From Paraphysomonas bandaiensis (taxonomy: Eukaryota; Protista; Chrysophyceae): a stretch of DNA of 64,000 bases. Under the pieces are notes generated by a model. That model was not told the origin of the DNA. It ran no database searches and was given only the letters and a program-made list of their open reading frames with translations. Both the position numbers and the translations under genes were made by a program. The stretch lies in the NCBI GenBank assembly GCA_965644295.1, contig CBFFRP010000352.1, forward strand, positions 363,310 to 427,309, in the 5' to 3' direction. Shown here one piece after another: positions 25,354 to 38,400 of the stretch. Position 1 is the first letter of the stretch, and each line of letters opens with the position of its first letter.

Positions 25354-28300
25354 ATGGTCAGGTGTGCTGTCGGACTGTTAGTAACATGTGTGGCAGTGCT
25401 CACGACGGCTGTCAGCTCCACTTTGAAGGCTCCTTATCGGAATTATAGTTACAGTGACTTTTCTAGTATATCAGTGTTGTTTAACGAGCATCAATCGTCG
25501 TTTGGTGGAATTGTTGATGCGTATGAGCTGTCTTACCGGTCAACGTTTGATCCACTGTGGCATATTCATAGCGATTCATTGGGGTCTGAGGGGAGAAATA
25601 GATCAGAGGCACAAATAATATCAATCAAAGTAGACGATGAAAAGAGTTTGTATGAATCGGGTGGAACGTTTACTCTGGGAATCGGTTATGCAGGCTTGAA
25701 CCCCCAGGATTTTGAGCACGCTGCTAGAACACCTCGGATACCGTGGAATGCTACCGCTTCTCAATTGCGACATGCTCTAGCGTCTCTTGTGGGAATATCT
25801 GTACGAACTGTGAAACGATGTGATGAATTTGGAAATGACGAAATCAGTCATGGAGGATTCGAGGGGTGGTTTCACTCCTGCCCGTATGGTGATCAGGGTG
25901 GATTTCGCTGGCTCGTTGTGTTTGATGCACTTGCCGGAAATCAAAACTTTCCTAAGCTGTATTCGTATCGAGAGAATCTCGGCAACACCTGGTCTGGTGG
26001 CACAGAACAGGTATCAGTAACACGAATACATGGGGGGGCTGTCAGCCCCAGTCTTTGCCGACGTGGAGTCTGCTCCAGCGTTGTGCGCAAGCTGGAACCC
26101 AGTACACCATACGTATTTCGATATCGCGCTCATCTAAATATTGATGGCTGGACTGACTACAGTGTAACTTCTGAGCCGATATTTACAGCTGTTCACCGTG
26201 TGCCATCAAAGCCCCGCACACCTCACCCACTGACATCCCAGGCAAACTCTATCTCCTTCTCCCTCGCTGCATCTTCCGCACTTCAGACTGTTCATAAATT
26301 TGAGTCACAGTTTAAAGAGAGTAATGAGGAGGTATGGAATCCGGGTCCGACACTTGAAGTAACTGACTACGAACGTGAACACTTGGATTCTTTTGTTATG
26401 ATTCTGGGCAACTTAAAGTCAGGTACCCAATATGTGCTGCGAGTTAGAGCGGTCAACGCAGTTGGCGTAGGCCCATGGAGCTCGCCATCTAACGCACTAT
26501 TTACTAAAGGATACAATGACAGCAAACCCATGGTTCACCCCCCTGTAATTGAAGATCACGATGTCACGTCAAGCAGTGTTCTAGTTACTGTTAGAGCGGA
26601 ACCTGATGCCACAGCAGATGTGTACACGAACGATTACAGAGTGCAATACAAGCCACGTAGTCGCACCAACTGGTTAACCATGCCAGATCGACTTTCGCTA
26701 ACAACTCGCCGGGTTGGGGTGGAGGTGCAGGAGATAAGTGTGCGCTCCGATAGTGAGGCTGGTTGTCAAGGAAGGTTTTATATAGAACTTCGAGGGACTT
26801 TGCCTGATCTTGTGGACAGCTCCGTAACTACTGGTATCTCGTTTGATGCCACTGAAGAAGAATTCGTTAACGCTGTGCTTTCGATACCTCGAATTAGAAA
26901 CAGTGGGGCGCGTGTATCTGCACGCCGAGTACTGAATCAGTTCAATGGCTACACTTGGATTCTTGACATTCAAGGCATGGGCAACATTGCGAAATTCCTT
27001 CACAACAGGAACGATCTAACGAATGGAGAAGATGCCACGAAACCGTGTTGGACTGGTGCAGGGTATGTAGTCAGTACGCGTTCCATCAAGGATGGCATCG
27101 ATGTACTTACTGAAGATGAAGCAAGCGTTCTGATAACAGGTTTAGAACCGCAGACCGCATATGACGTGCGTGCCCAGCGTGTGGATGCAAGGGACTCGAG
27201 TTTAACATCAAGTGATACCGTACAGATAACAACGAAGCCCGTCGTTTCCATACTCGCGAACATGTCTTCGGCATTTGCTCTGGATTTCAATAACCCCTTT
27301 TTTTCGGGCCAATATGCAGTAGGAACCAGTGGCAACAGAGCTGCTCGTCGTGAGGATTTTCATTATGCCCAAGGTAGTGCAGCAGGCGGAAAAAGTGGTG
27401 AAAAGGGTGCAGACGGTCTCTGTGTGATAGTAGGTTTCAGAAGGGACAAAGGTCAACCATATTTTACTGAGTATTTCTTTTATTCTGGAAGAGAGGAGGA
27501 GTATGTTGTACCGTACATTGAGAGTCACAAATGTCCGATAACGCGTCTAACGATCAAATGCTGGGGTGCTGGAGGAGGGGGTGGCGTTCTTTCTAACTAC
27601 GAGACTTCTGTTGACAAGGAAACAATATCCCATGGTGGCGGAGGTGCTTTTGCGCAGGCGACACTAGCAGTTCAACCCGGAGAAAGATTTCGTATCACTG
27701 TTGGAGGCGGTGGTTCGCCTCCGAATGGTGAGTATGGTGGCAACGGTGGCTTTGGCGGAGGAGGGAGAGGTGGGAATGCTCTTAAAGGAGGAGGTGGAGG
27801 AGGCGGTGGTGGAGCCTCCGTTGTGACTCTCGGTGAAGATAACACCCTCGTACTTGTTGCTGCCGGTGGAGGTGGCGGTGGAAGTACAGATTACTGCTGC
27901 TCGGGTGGAGGTGGAGGAGGGGGGGCTGGAGAGGGAGAAAGAGGTAGTGCACCAGAGGATAATACTCCTTGGCCGCTCTCTGACCCAGAGAGACCAACTC
28001 CTGTGAAGCGCCGACATGAGTACACCGCAGAGAGCTGTCCTGAAAGTAAAGATGGCATTTGGTGTACATCTCCTTGGGATATTGAAGCACGCTCGCTTCC
28101 AGCTGAGCATTTAAATTTAGAATATGGTGAATCACCGAATGCCAACTACTCGCTGTGGTCACAGGGAGGATTCGGTGGAACTTTGATTATGGGAGGATCA
28201 CATGGAGTGAGTGGTGGGTATGAGGTTGTTCAAAATGTAGATGAAATGATTGCATCAATGGACAATGGTCGTGCTACAGTGTACGGTATCGACCCGAAGT

Positions 28301-30906
28301 CTGTAGTAAATCCGCATGCTCAGCAAGGGCGCTACTTGAGTGGTGGAAGAGGCGCCGGAGGAAAGAAAGGAGGTGGCGGTGGCGGGAGCGGATATTTTGG
28401 AGGAGGTGGTGGAGGAAGTGGTATAGATGCGGCTGGAGGCGGAGGTGGCTCATCCTATGTGAACGAGGAGCTCACTGTTAATAATAATATGGCAGTTTCG
28501 AGAACAGTTGACACACCCACTCCCACGTTAACTTATCTCAGCAACTCTGAAGCAGAACTTAGCTGGTCGGGGAGCTGGACTGATGCAAAGGGTCGTTATG
28601 CCAAGGGATTTGAAATTGAGATGGCATTCGGAAATTACTCCGAAGATTTTACGTACATTGCCACCGTAAACGTACAGACCGACATCAATAACGAGGCGTC
28701 AACGAAAGTGTACTCACATGTTGTAAGCAATCTCGAATCAATGCAGATATATTCGTTCCGTATTATTCCCTTATTGCCTCATGGCCGTGGTAGCCCGTCT
28801 GGAGTTTTGAAGGTGTTGACTCTTTCTGCAGCGCAAAATTATTGGGAGCCCGTTGTTGGTCACCGTAATGCAATTGCTGCAACTGGGCGTGGACTAACCA
28901 ACCCCGTCTTATCTCGTCCTCACTTGGATGTGGGGGTCGAGATACACGGCGAGAGAACATCTGAAAATCCTCTACGCGTGACCGATGCGGCGACTGCAGA
29001 TATCCCAGTTCTTCCAAGTAGCCGTCGGGGTCATTCGCTAACTTTACTTGACGAGTTTGTGTATATGTTTGGCGGAAGAACTGATGGTATATATTATATG
29101 TGAACGAAGTTTGCTTGTTTTTATGCATCGTTTTATCAGGATATACATGCGCATATACACTGAAAGATATGCTTAACTTGGGTACGCCCGAATCCGGCTT
29201 GGATATAAATCCATGCGCTACGTTTCAAAATGAGGTACTTCTATGAAAATGTCGTTGCGTACAATTGTAAATAGATATGCGGACAGGTCAGTGAGCTGTG
29301 GCGATTTAATATATACGACTATCGATGGGTGTTTATTCCCATAGAATCGGATACTCCTTCAGCACGGGAACAACATTCAGCGGGTATGATGGATGGCAAT
29401 ATATATATATTCGGTGGCAAGAGTCGCGGATCTTTCCCGTCGACAGCAGATACGGTGTACAGTGACTTCTGGCGACTTAATGTGGAGCCACGCTATATAT
29501 TGAACGAGACCTGGAGAGCAGACGATGTATCTATCGCGTTTCGAGAAGGGCAACGAGATAAATTTCTTATTAATATCACCGACGGTCAAGACCCCTATGT
29601 AACTGGTGCATCAACTGAATCATCACGAACAGGGGCTTGTATATCAGATATTGTAGTTGTGGTATGTCTAGTCACCTAAATATTTAAACCTGTTGACGTT
29701 TTGTTCAAGGTAAAATTTGCCCATCCTTGCATTAGCCAACTGCGAATTTCACTTCAAGGACCTGGACCGTCAACAGGCTCCCCTAACTTTCATCCGCACT
29801 CGTATGAGGAGGAAGTCCTTCTGTTTGACCATACGCATAAGCAAAATAATACTGCATGTGCCAGGGGAAATTTCACATTTGTTTTTGATGAAGATGGAAT
29901 CAAAGAAACTCTTTCATGTTGTGAAACTGATGGTATTCATCATTTCAAGCCAGATGGAAGCCTCTATGAATATATCGGAGCCTCTCCGTTTGCAGAATGG
30001 ACTCTAGTTGTTGAAGACATGAATATTGATGGTCAAAGTGGTGAGTTAATTGAGTGGGGTATTGAGTACTCCCTGGAGCCTTGCAATCGCCAGTACTCCT
30101 GGACAGAAATCACAACCACAAGTGGTGATGGCCAGCCATCCGCACGGTATCAGGCAAATATGATTGTACATGAGCACTCTCTCTTCTTGTTCGGAGGACG
30201 GGGAGAAGGTGATACCATCCTCTCTGACCTGCATCGCTACGATATGGCAACCAACTCATGGACCGTACTAAAACCACGCAACTTTGATATTGCCTTTGCG
30301 GCAGCTTCCATGGTTGGTATGAGCTTGTCCCTAACAAAATGGGGCTTGATTCGATTTGGTGGATATATCCGACTACCGTCACTTGCTGGGTACGGTAGCG
30401 GTTACGTCAACGATGTATATATTATGGACCCGGTTACTTTGCATTGGCGACTGGTTGAAGTGGAGAACGATGAAAATTCATTGCTTCCAGCGGGAAGGTA
30501 CCTCAGCTCCGCTGTCTTCATCCCTTCCAGCAGCATGCGTTGGAGAACGGAATTTTCTTATCGCATTATGTTTGATCAGAGAATCAAATCTACCCACGCT
30601 AATTTTGCTGGGGCACTCATGGATGGACTACTGATATTCGGTGGCCACAATGGCGCTACTGGAAGTTTAGAAGATGGGTCCACTGGTGGGATGTTGAATG
30701 ATATGTGGCAGTTGCGCTTTGCGAACTGGAGTTTATCGAATAGCCGAGAATCACAGAATACGTATGTAGATTTTAACTGCAAATGGAGGACGTCCGGGAC
30801 TTCGGCATTAGTAAACCTCTGCTTATCCGGGAGTAATTCGGAATGTGAATTAAGGGATTTGATTATGCTTTCGTGGTGTGCAGGCTCCAATCAAACCATA
30901 GCTTGA
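25354..30906 (+). CDS. Large secreted multidomain protein: FN3 repeats, glycine-rich (ALK/LTK-type) domain, Kelch repeats and a P-domain-like insert
   Basis: Signal peptide. FN3 motifs (LEPSTPYVFRYRA, LKSGTQYVLRVRAVNAVGVGPWS). KCWGAGGGGG..GGGAF..ITVGGGG..LVAAGGGGG..GGGGSSY. Kelch motifs (RRGHS..YMFGG, REQHS..YIFGG, FLFGG). Introns ~29087-29140, ~29234-29286 and ~29662-29709. Confidence 0.85.
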
Positions 30907-32479
30907 TGCCGAAGTCAGTGTATGGGTTAATACTACGTAGTTGGAATATCAGTTGTATTGGAATACGATTTCTTTGTTTATCACCTTTCATAAAAGTAGT
31001 TGTAGCTATCTATCTGTATTTGTAGTAATATAATGCTTTATGAGTTATTTTATGAAAATATCTTTCCACAAGTATGAACGTGAATACTGGGTTGGTATAA
31101 AAACACCTTAGTACGTAGGGATGTATTTTCACAGACACACTCTTGCATAACATTATTTACACTCTACAGCTAGCTACTGTATGTATCAATTTATAATTCT
31201 ATTGAAGTCAGTTCTAGGATAGAAGACATGCCAATATTACGACGGCAGTTTCCATTCTCCATACAATATCACGACAGGCCTACCACAATATCATTGTCGT
31301 CATCAATATACTAATTTAAATACAGCACATAACAATAAAGAGTTCGCCACACGACTAAACTTAAAAGCTTTTAGAATACCTTTCTAGAAGTCACTGTTCA
31401 GATTAGAATCACTGCCACCATACTCCTTATCACTCAAGATCACGTTCATTCAGAACCACGTGATTTACACTTGCATCAAACTTTGTCAATAAATTTAAAG
31501 ATCAAAACTATGATGCTGGCTACATACACTAAAGCATAATAAGGAATCTTTCTTTAGCAATCATTAATATTTATCATAGGTACTTCATTGTGGAGGAGGC
31601 GAGAGTGAAGCTAGCAGCAGAAATAAAGAAAAAATATTTCGTTGTATAACTGTTACTGTCACCCTTGTAAAGACTGTATTCGTATTGAATATTAGAAATA
31701 TGTATTTTTTAAATATTAAATACTGACGTAGTGACTAACCAAATTAACTAACAGAAAAGACTGTGTACAATATAGCATTATATTGTCATTACTAGAAATA
31801 GTTTTGTAATATTGGTCTCATTACAATAGTATCCACAACATCAATATATTCTCAATAACAATATGTTAATTTAAATCTGGTTGAAGCTAAAGTTTCTTTT
31901 TTTCCCTGCCTCTTCATAGATATTATATTTTATCACCCCAAATCTGTGTTAAGACACTCCACAATATTCTCGTCATTTTCCCCGAGAGAATATTGCACGC
32001 CATTGTGGATAACGATTTTTGAATCAATATCAGAAATCATTGCTCCGTCATACAAACACTACGTCTAGATTTTTTAAAAGCAATATCAATTTATCTGTAA
32101 TATTATTATTAACCCACGTAAAATGATACTAATATAATTTGATGGTGGGTATTTGGTTAGACGCCGTGCCATCAAGGTTTTTGAATTGCACACATCCAGG
32201 ATCCAGAGGACCATATTAATAACATTGCGTGCTCAAAATAAAATATCTAGCGCGCAGAGAGCTCAGTCACATGCCTTCATTATGAGGTTGATGATAGTAT
32301 TCCAGAGAGACTAATTTTGTGATACATGAGTGTATAACGGAAGAGAATTATTCCTCCCTTAAATGCAGCAGGCCTCCGTTATATCTACTAAAAGTGATTG
32401 AGTTTGTGGTCACTCGTTACGAAACAAGTAAAAAACACAAAGTATTATTTTTCGTGAAGCAAGATAACAAGCGCTACTG

Positions 32480-32567
32480 CCCTCAACAAAGTCGGACTCG
32501 AACCTTTTCGTGGTGTTCTGGGGGATAAGTACCGGAGAGATTCTCTCTGGGAAACTAATGTGAGCCG
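32480..32567 (+). ncRNA. Putative HDV-like ribozyme (L1Tc/ingi Pr77-like)
   Basis: Same fold as the other copies, starting exactly at the TSD-defined first base. One C>A change at the P2/P3 junction. Confidence 0.6.
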
Positions 32568-32964
32568 CAAACATAGTCAGCAGATATTCTTCTGCCCACT
32601 CATAGCCGAATGCTTGTGTGGTACAAGGGCACCAATAAGTGTCACTTGTGTAGATGTCTTTGGGCCCTGACGAAAAAACAGGCATCCGGGAATGGGCCCA
32701 CTTGAAGGGTAAGTAACCGGGGTATTGGACTGCCTGCTGAAGCCAAGCATCCGGGATGTTCACTCTAAGAACTCAGAGCGGAAGTGGTCGCACCTTGGTG
32801 CCTGCGGCGACGCACAAGCAGCTTCCGTTGCGTTAAATAGTAGGATAAGAAAAGTGTGTACTGATTAGTTACAGTTAGAGGTCTAACTAGTTTGTCTAGC
32901 ATTCATCTAGCTACTAAGTTGGCACAGGCTTTTAACGCCTATTTCTAATAATAAGACTTCCAAT
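32480..32964 (+). mobile_element. Ribozyme-headed retroposon, complete short form (485 bp)
   Basis: Perfect 13-bp TSD ACAAGCGCTACTG at 32467-32479 and 32965-32977. Family 5' end CCCTCAACAAAG and 3' end AATAATAAGACTTCCAAT. Confidence 0.92.
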
Positions 32965-33457
32965 ACAAGCGCTACTGGAGTGACTCCTTCAGAGCCTTAC
33001 CCTTGTGTTACTACTATGTTATTCGTGCTAACACGAACAGGACAGAGGATAGCTTTGCTCAAGGTATTGCACATTGGATATAGCTAGATGAAACTCTCCA
33101 CACTGCAGTGTATGTCCCATATGTCCCTTTGAAGCCAGTCCCACACCAGCACTGCAGTCGAGATTGATATCTACCGAATTCTCCAAAAAAAGTCTACTTT
33201 TCCCCAAAATCCTGCTATTTTAACATTTCCTTTTTGACAGGTTTTCTTGTTTCGGGACTTCACCAGCCTTGAAAAATTCCGTATTTTCAGCCCCATCGTA
33301 TTTCTTCATATGAAATCTCCGTAGACCGTTGAGTCGAATCTCCTCCATTTAATCCTGCTGTGTCCACATGTGCACGCACAGATAGTTCGTGGACGATATC
33401 TGAGCTGATAATTGTAACCATAGTATAGAGACATCCCTGTGAACCCCCATAAGCAGC

Positions 33458-34378
33458 ATGTCATCATCCACATCCTCTGGAGAGCTCTTTATTGCCGGGG
33501 CTCTATCAGGTATAGCAGAGGCTGTGTCCGTTCAGCCGTTTGATATGGTCAAGACACGTCATCAGCTGAACACAGGCATGAATGAAGGTGTATTCAGCAC
33601 AATGGCATCATTGGTTAAAGAAGGGGGCATTCGACGGCTCTATAGAGGAATGCTTGCGGAACTAGTCGGCATGGTGCCTAAAACATCAGCTCTGTATTCC
33701 AGTTATGAACTGTCTCGTCGTTTTTTGGCGACTGATATGGGATACGGAGACACAACAATAGTCTGCTTTGTGTCTGGAATTGTGGCAAGTATACCGGAAG
33801 CTATTATAGTGACACCATCCCAAGTCGTGAAAGTTAGGTTGCAAGCTAAGGAGCATCTTGGTCGGTTTAATGGACCATGGCATTGTTTGGTAGACACTTG
33901 CAGAAAGGAAGGGTTTCTGGCATTATACACTGGTTTGGAGCCGACTTTGTTTAGGAATTGTATCTGGAATTCGATTTATTTTGGGACAATGCATTGGGGG
34001 AAAAGTAAATTGAAACTTATATTCCCGGCAGAATCAACACAGCACAATTCCTTTCTTAACACTGGACTAACATTTGTCAGCGGCTTTTGCGGTGCAACTT
34101 TTGCGACTTTTTTCAATGCACCTTTTGATGTAGTAAAATCACGGTTTCAGTCTCAACTTCATGTCCCTGGAGTCGTTCCGAAATATCGAAACACTTTGCA
34201 GGCGCTTTTCCTTATCTACAAGGAGGAAGGACTTAAATCTTGTTATAAAGGGTTTCAACCCAAAGTATTGCGAATGGGCCTGGGAGGTGCAGTGGCAATG
34301 TGCACGTTTGACGCAGTTCAAACTCTTATGACTAGCTTTCACGGAGCTGATGCTCTATCGACTTGCAGTACAGCTTAA
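33458..34378 (+). CDS. Mitochondrial carrier, 2-oxodicarboxylate carrier-like (SLC25A21/ODC)
   Basis: Three Px(D/E)xxKxR-type signatures (PFDMVKTR, PSQVVKVR, PFDVVKSR), plus YKGFQPKVLRMGLGG. Confidence 0.9.
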   Translation: MSSSTSSGELFIAGALSGIAEAVSVQPFDMVKTRHQLNTGMNEGVFSTMASLVKEGGIRRLYRGMLAELVGMVPKTSALYSSYELSRRFLATDMGYGDTTIVCFVSGIVASIPEAIIVTPSQVVKVRLQAKEHLGRFNGPWHCLVDTCRKEGFLALYTGLEPTLFRNCIWNSIYFGTMHWGKSKLKLIFPAESTQHNSFLNTGLTFVSGFCGATFATFFNAPFDVVKSRFQSQLHVPGVVPKYRNTLQALFLIYKEEGLKSCYKGFQPKVLRMGLGGAVAMCTFDAVQTLMTSFHGADALSTCSTA

Positions 34379-35427
34379 GTATTAGAACTTACGCTATATG
34401 TCTTTCAGCCTTTCAGGCGAATATATTTTTTAACAGTTTGTTTTGCGTTACAAAATGTATTCGTGTTGCTTCTCAATTGCTATAACTAGTATTATTACAC
34501 CGTTTCTTGTCGCCACATAATTAAAGTAATGTCTTTTTAATTTTAGAAGGCAGAAGTTGATCACACACTAGTCCTTATTCGAAATCAAATTAAAAGAAAT
34601 TAAATAATAATTGCGTACACTAAATAGTCGTGTTACGTATATAGTTAGCACGTATTATTAGCTTGAGACTTCCACAAATCTTATTCGTCGCTAATTGTTT
34701 CAACTACCAAATTAACTCTGTAGTGGGCATGTAGTCATTCCCAAAATGTACTCGACATCGAGTCATGTCTGACACATCCCATTGCCGTCAATTGTTACAC
34801 TGTAATCGACTTGAACCAACCAGACTCACAGACAATCATTTGTCACCATAGTCCTTGCAACAATGCACATCTGGAGCAACACTGCAGGGACTCATACTTT
34901 CACATTTCCCGAAGAACTGGTATCTTGTTTCAGAAATAGTTTGGTCTCCATAGGGGACACTTCTTTGGAAAGAGGATGAATGCGTGAATGTACAATGCAG
35001 TTGAAAAGCTCTAATAGTTACACCATACAGTGAGGGTGACAAACAAGACGGCGAAATTTGGTCTGCTTCATAAAAAATACATCTATTCATCTAAACATAT
35101 AAATATTTTTCTTACATGCACAATGCACACATATTCAACGGTAATACGAGGTGATATTAATCTCGAAAATCCAACTTTGAGGTAAACCTACAAACCTACC
35201 ATGACTAAATTGCCATGGCAGTACTGTAGCGCCAACTAAAAAACTTCAAATCAATACGAATCGACACAATTCATTTAAGAGCGATGTCATAAACGAACGA
35301 AATAATTACTCTGTATAATATCCTTAAACCGTGAATATTCTCCAAACAAAAATTTGTACTTTCGTATACATTACACTGAAGACGCTGTGAAAACTATAAA
35401 AAAGAACACAGCAATAAAAAGACTATT

Positions 35428-38400
35428 CTAAACAAGAAGCGAGTGCAGTAGTCTCTGCAAATTATTCAAAAAAATATCAGGAAAATATCGTTTTAACTCC
35501 TCAATTATATCTTCTTCCGCAACACTGGATTTCCAGCCTGCAACAAGGACGGCGGCTTGAACCAGATGCTTTAGTACATTCATATCTGTCTGCGACCTTT
35601 GCTGTACAATAGTGGTAGATCTCTCAAGTAATAAAACACTGGATGCGCATGCACAAGCACAAACACGGGTGGTGGCATGCCCTTTCATCCATCCGGCGGA
35701 TTCCACACTCGCAATAAAGCGTTTCAATACATCAGCCAATTTGCGGGAAGTTATCAGCGAATTCGATACCCTGTATGCGAACTTCACAACAGTCGGAATT
35801 GTCCAACTGCATATACATATACTATCGTATATATCAGCGTCTGTCAGGCAAGAGTTGGACAACACATTTCCAATATCCAACTGCACATTTGATGCTCCTG
35901 CCAATGTAGATACGAAAAAATGTAACAATTTCGAAGTTGGGTCGTTTACGTGAGTTGTTTTGTATACTTGTTCGAAATCACTACACATCTCAAACATATA
36001 AAACCACTCCAGTGATGCTAACATATGACATCTTGATATGTTAGCGGTGTTCTGCTGACATATCTCCTGTATAGTGCTGAATGTGCTACTACAAGCAGCA
36101 ACCCCTTCGATAGGCATGTGTTCAGGAGAATTCTTCCCAAGCTGCTTGCAATAATACGCCATACATAACACCCAAGAACTATACTTGGCAACACCACTGC
36201 TGGAATAACAACCTTGAGCATTGCGCCTAGAGAGATTGATAGTTGCGCACACTACAGCTTCGTACAACATCTATAACAAGTTACTTTCGAAACTGAAAAG
36301 TCTACCTACCAACCTGATACTGAAAACTTAACAACTCACGCGGAGTGCTCTTACTTGGAATCAAAGATGCTGACAAGTACGCATTCTCAAACCAGGCATC
36401 TGCAGCTTAACCAAAAATAATAGTGAGTCCTATGCAGAAACGTGTACAAAAATATTTTTTTTAAATACCTGAAGCAGCAACATCCACCGGGAGGGAATTC
36501 AGTACAGCGCTGGCAAGTCTGGAGACTACATTTACTGGAGAGTTCAAATGGCCGCTAGTCGGCTCACTCTGCTCATCAACATTCTCATGCTCACGCTGCA
36601 ACAACTGCACCATTTCTATCCATATCGCAACAGCCCCAGTATCTGTATGTGATGGGCCAGAGACAGCAGTTCGATCGGTGCCCTCGATAGAGCGAGCAAA
36701 ATTAACTAGGGCGTACTTCCAAATTATCTCAAACATTATGTTTCTATCTCGTTCACTGGTGGATGCAATTCCTACACTTGTACTTCGTAATCGCCATTCT
36801 AGTGCATACTCCCATCTGATGAGAAGTCGTGACATATCGTGCCGAAAAAAATCGACGATATCGTTAATAGATGAGACCGTTGCCCTTAAAGCATAGCACT
36901 GCAATTGCAACTCATAGTGCATTCGATCCGAATGCGTAGTAAAATTAGAGCGAGTCGGCCCCAGGATTCCGCCAAGTGTCAAAAAGGCAACTTCCCATAC
37001 CCACAGGCAGCGTTTCCCTGGAAATATAGATGTTGGAAGCGTGCGGAGGATATGAATTATCATATAAATTAATGCCTGCGCGCCACTTGAAACAGTTCCA
37101 CTATTTGTCAAAGCTTGCAAGACAAGAGTTTCAGCAAGGACTACTTGTACCTAAGAAATCCTAAGTATGACGCAAAAATTTAACAACGGTAATTACTGAC
37201 CTGTGGGCTACAAAAACCCACAACATAAGCACTTGTCACTAGAGCCTTCGTATCTAACTCCATCCCCTGAGAAGAGTGTCTTACGGGTAGGTTACCCTTG
37301 CTCTCTTTCGCCCATGCAATAGGCAGTAAAATTTTATCCAGAAAAAGTTTGAGTGAGTGGCACATTATGTCTTCGGGACTGGCGAACACCGACGAAATAG
37401 CTACAGAAAGATCCAGAAGCCACTTCACACCTGACCACTCAAAGTCACCACTAATGGATTCAGAATTACTACTTGGTAACGGCGGTTTAATTGTAGGAAT
37501 CGTAAGCTCCAAATTATTATATATATTTTCCATTGCCTGAAGGGCAGCCAGAGTGAGGGAGGCAGCCAAACGACCACGAAACGTTGATTGGACAACCCGG
37601 AAAGCAACTACAGATGCAGTCTTCCACCGGAGAGCAATGTCATCCACTTCTTCAGATGAAAGAAAAGCTGAGTCGCCCACAACACCACTGATTGAGGAAA
37701 TGTATTCCCCTACCGACAACACACATCGGAGTGCGTCTCTAACACGCTCTCGAGTGGCATCTGATTCATCCATAGAGTCAACAGCAGATCCAGAGGAATC
37801 ATATATATACCCAATTGCATCTTTGATCTTACTTTCGATAGTAGAATTTGTCCCGTGAATAAAACCTAAAAAATCCTGAGCATCCGCAGACGTACAAAGT
37901 GGGGGCGTAGCTTTGCTCATTGCCTGTACCAGGGTCTCGCAAGCTGACGACAGAGATCTATCTGTGGTTACGAGGCTACACAACGACGATAAGATATTCT
38001 TAGCCGAAGTGCGCCCAAATACGCCACACATATTCGTTACCACAACAGGAATGTATCCGGTACGACGGATAGTATCTGCCCATGCTTTTACCCTTGCAGA
38101 TGTGATCTCCTCGACCGGAGAGCCATATCCCTTTCCCCCGGAAGTCACTACAGATCGTAGCTTATCTAGAACGCGCAGGCGGCCTTTCGCGAGTTGCAAA
38201 TATACCCCAGCAGTATCCGCACATATAGATCGACGATCTCTGATGCGTGAGTAGACGGTGCGCAGACATGCTTCTGATTGATATGCAACGGCCTCACAAA
38301 GAGAGAGACATATATGATTGAATTCTTTCGGGCTCGCAAACTGAAGTTCTGAGTCTGTAGGCAAATTGCTAGGAGCAGGCCCCAAAATTCTATCTAGCCA

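Noticed and set aside
32666-32700. CTGACGA, a hammerhead-core-like motif inside the retroposon
   Set aside because: No stem II followed by GAAA and stem III in the required arrangement.
32410-32763. ORF NIPDAWLQQ...FESDFVEG, and related ORFs at 17270, 50940, 51162 and 63182
   Set aside because: They are translations of the retroposon. They are interrupted by stops in other copies, cross element boundaries and show no recognisable domain.
32480-32964. piggyBac (CCCT end) or Helitron (3' hairpin) interpretation of the repeat family
   Set aside because: No matching TIR, no TTAA TSD and no TC...CTRR termini. Variable 10-13-bp TSDs and 5' truncation fit retrotransposition instead.
34680-35100. 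Cys-containing short minus-strand ORF fragments
   Set aside because: Could not assign a family or a coherent exon structure.
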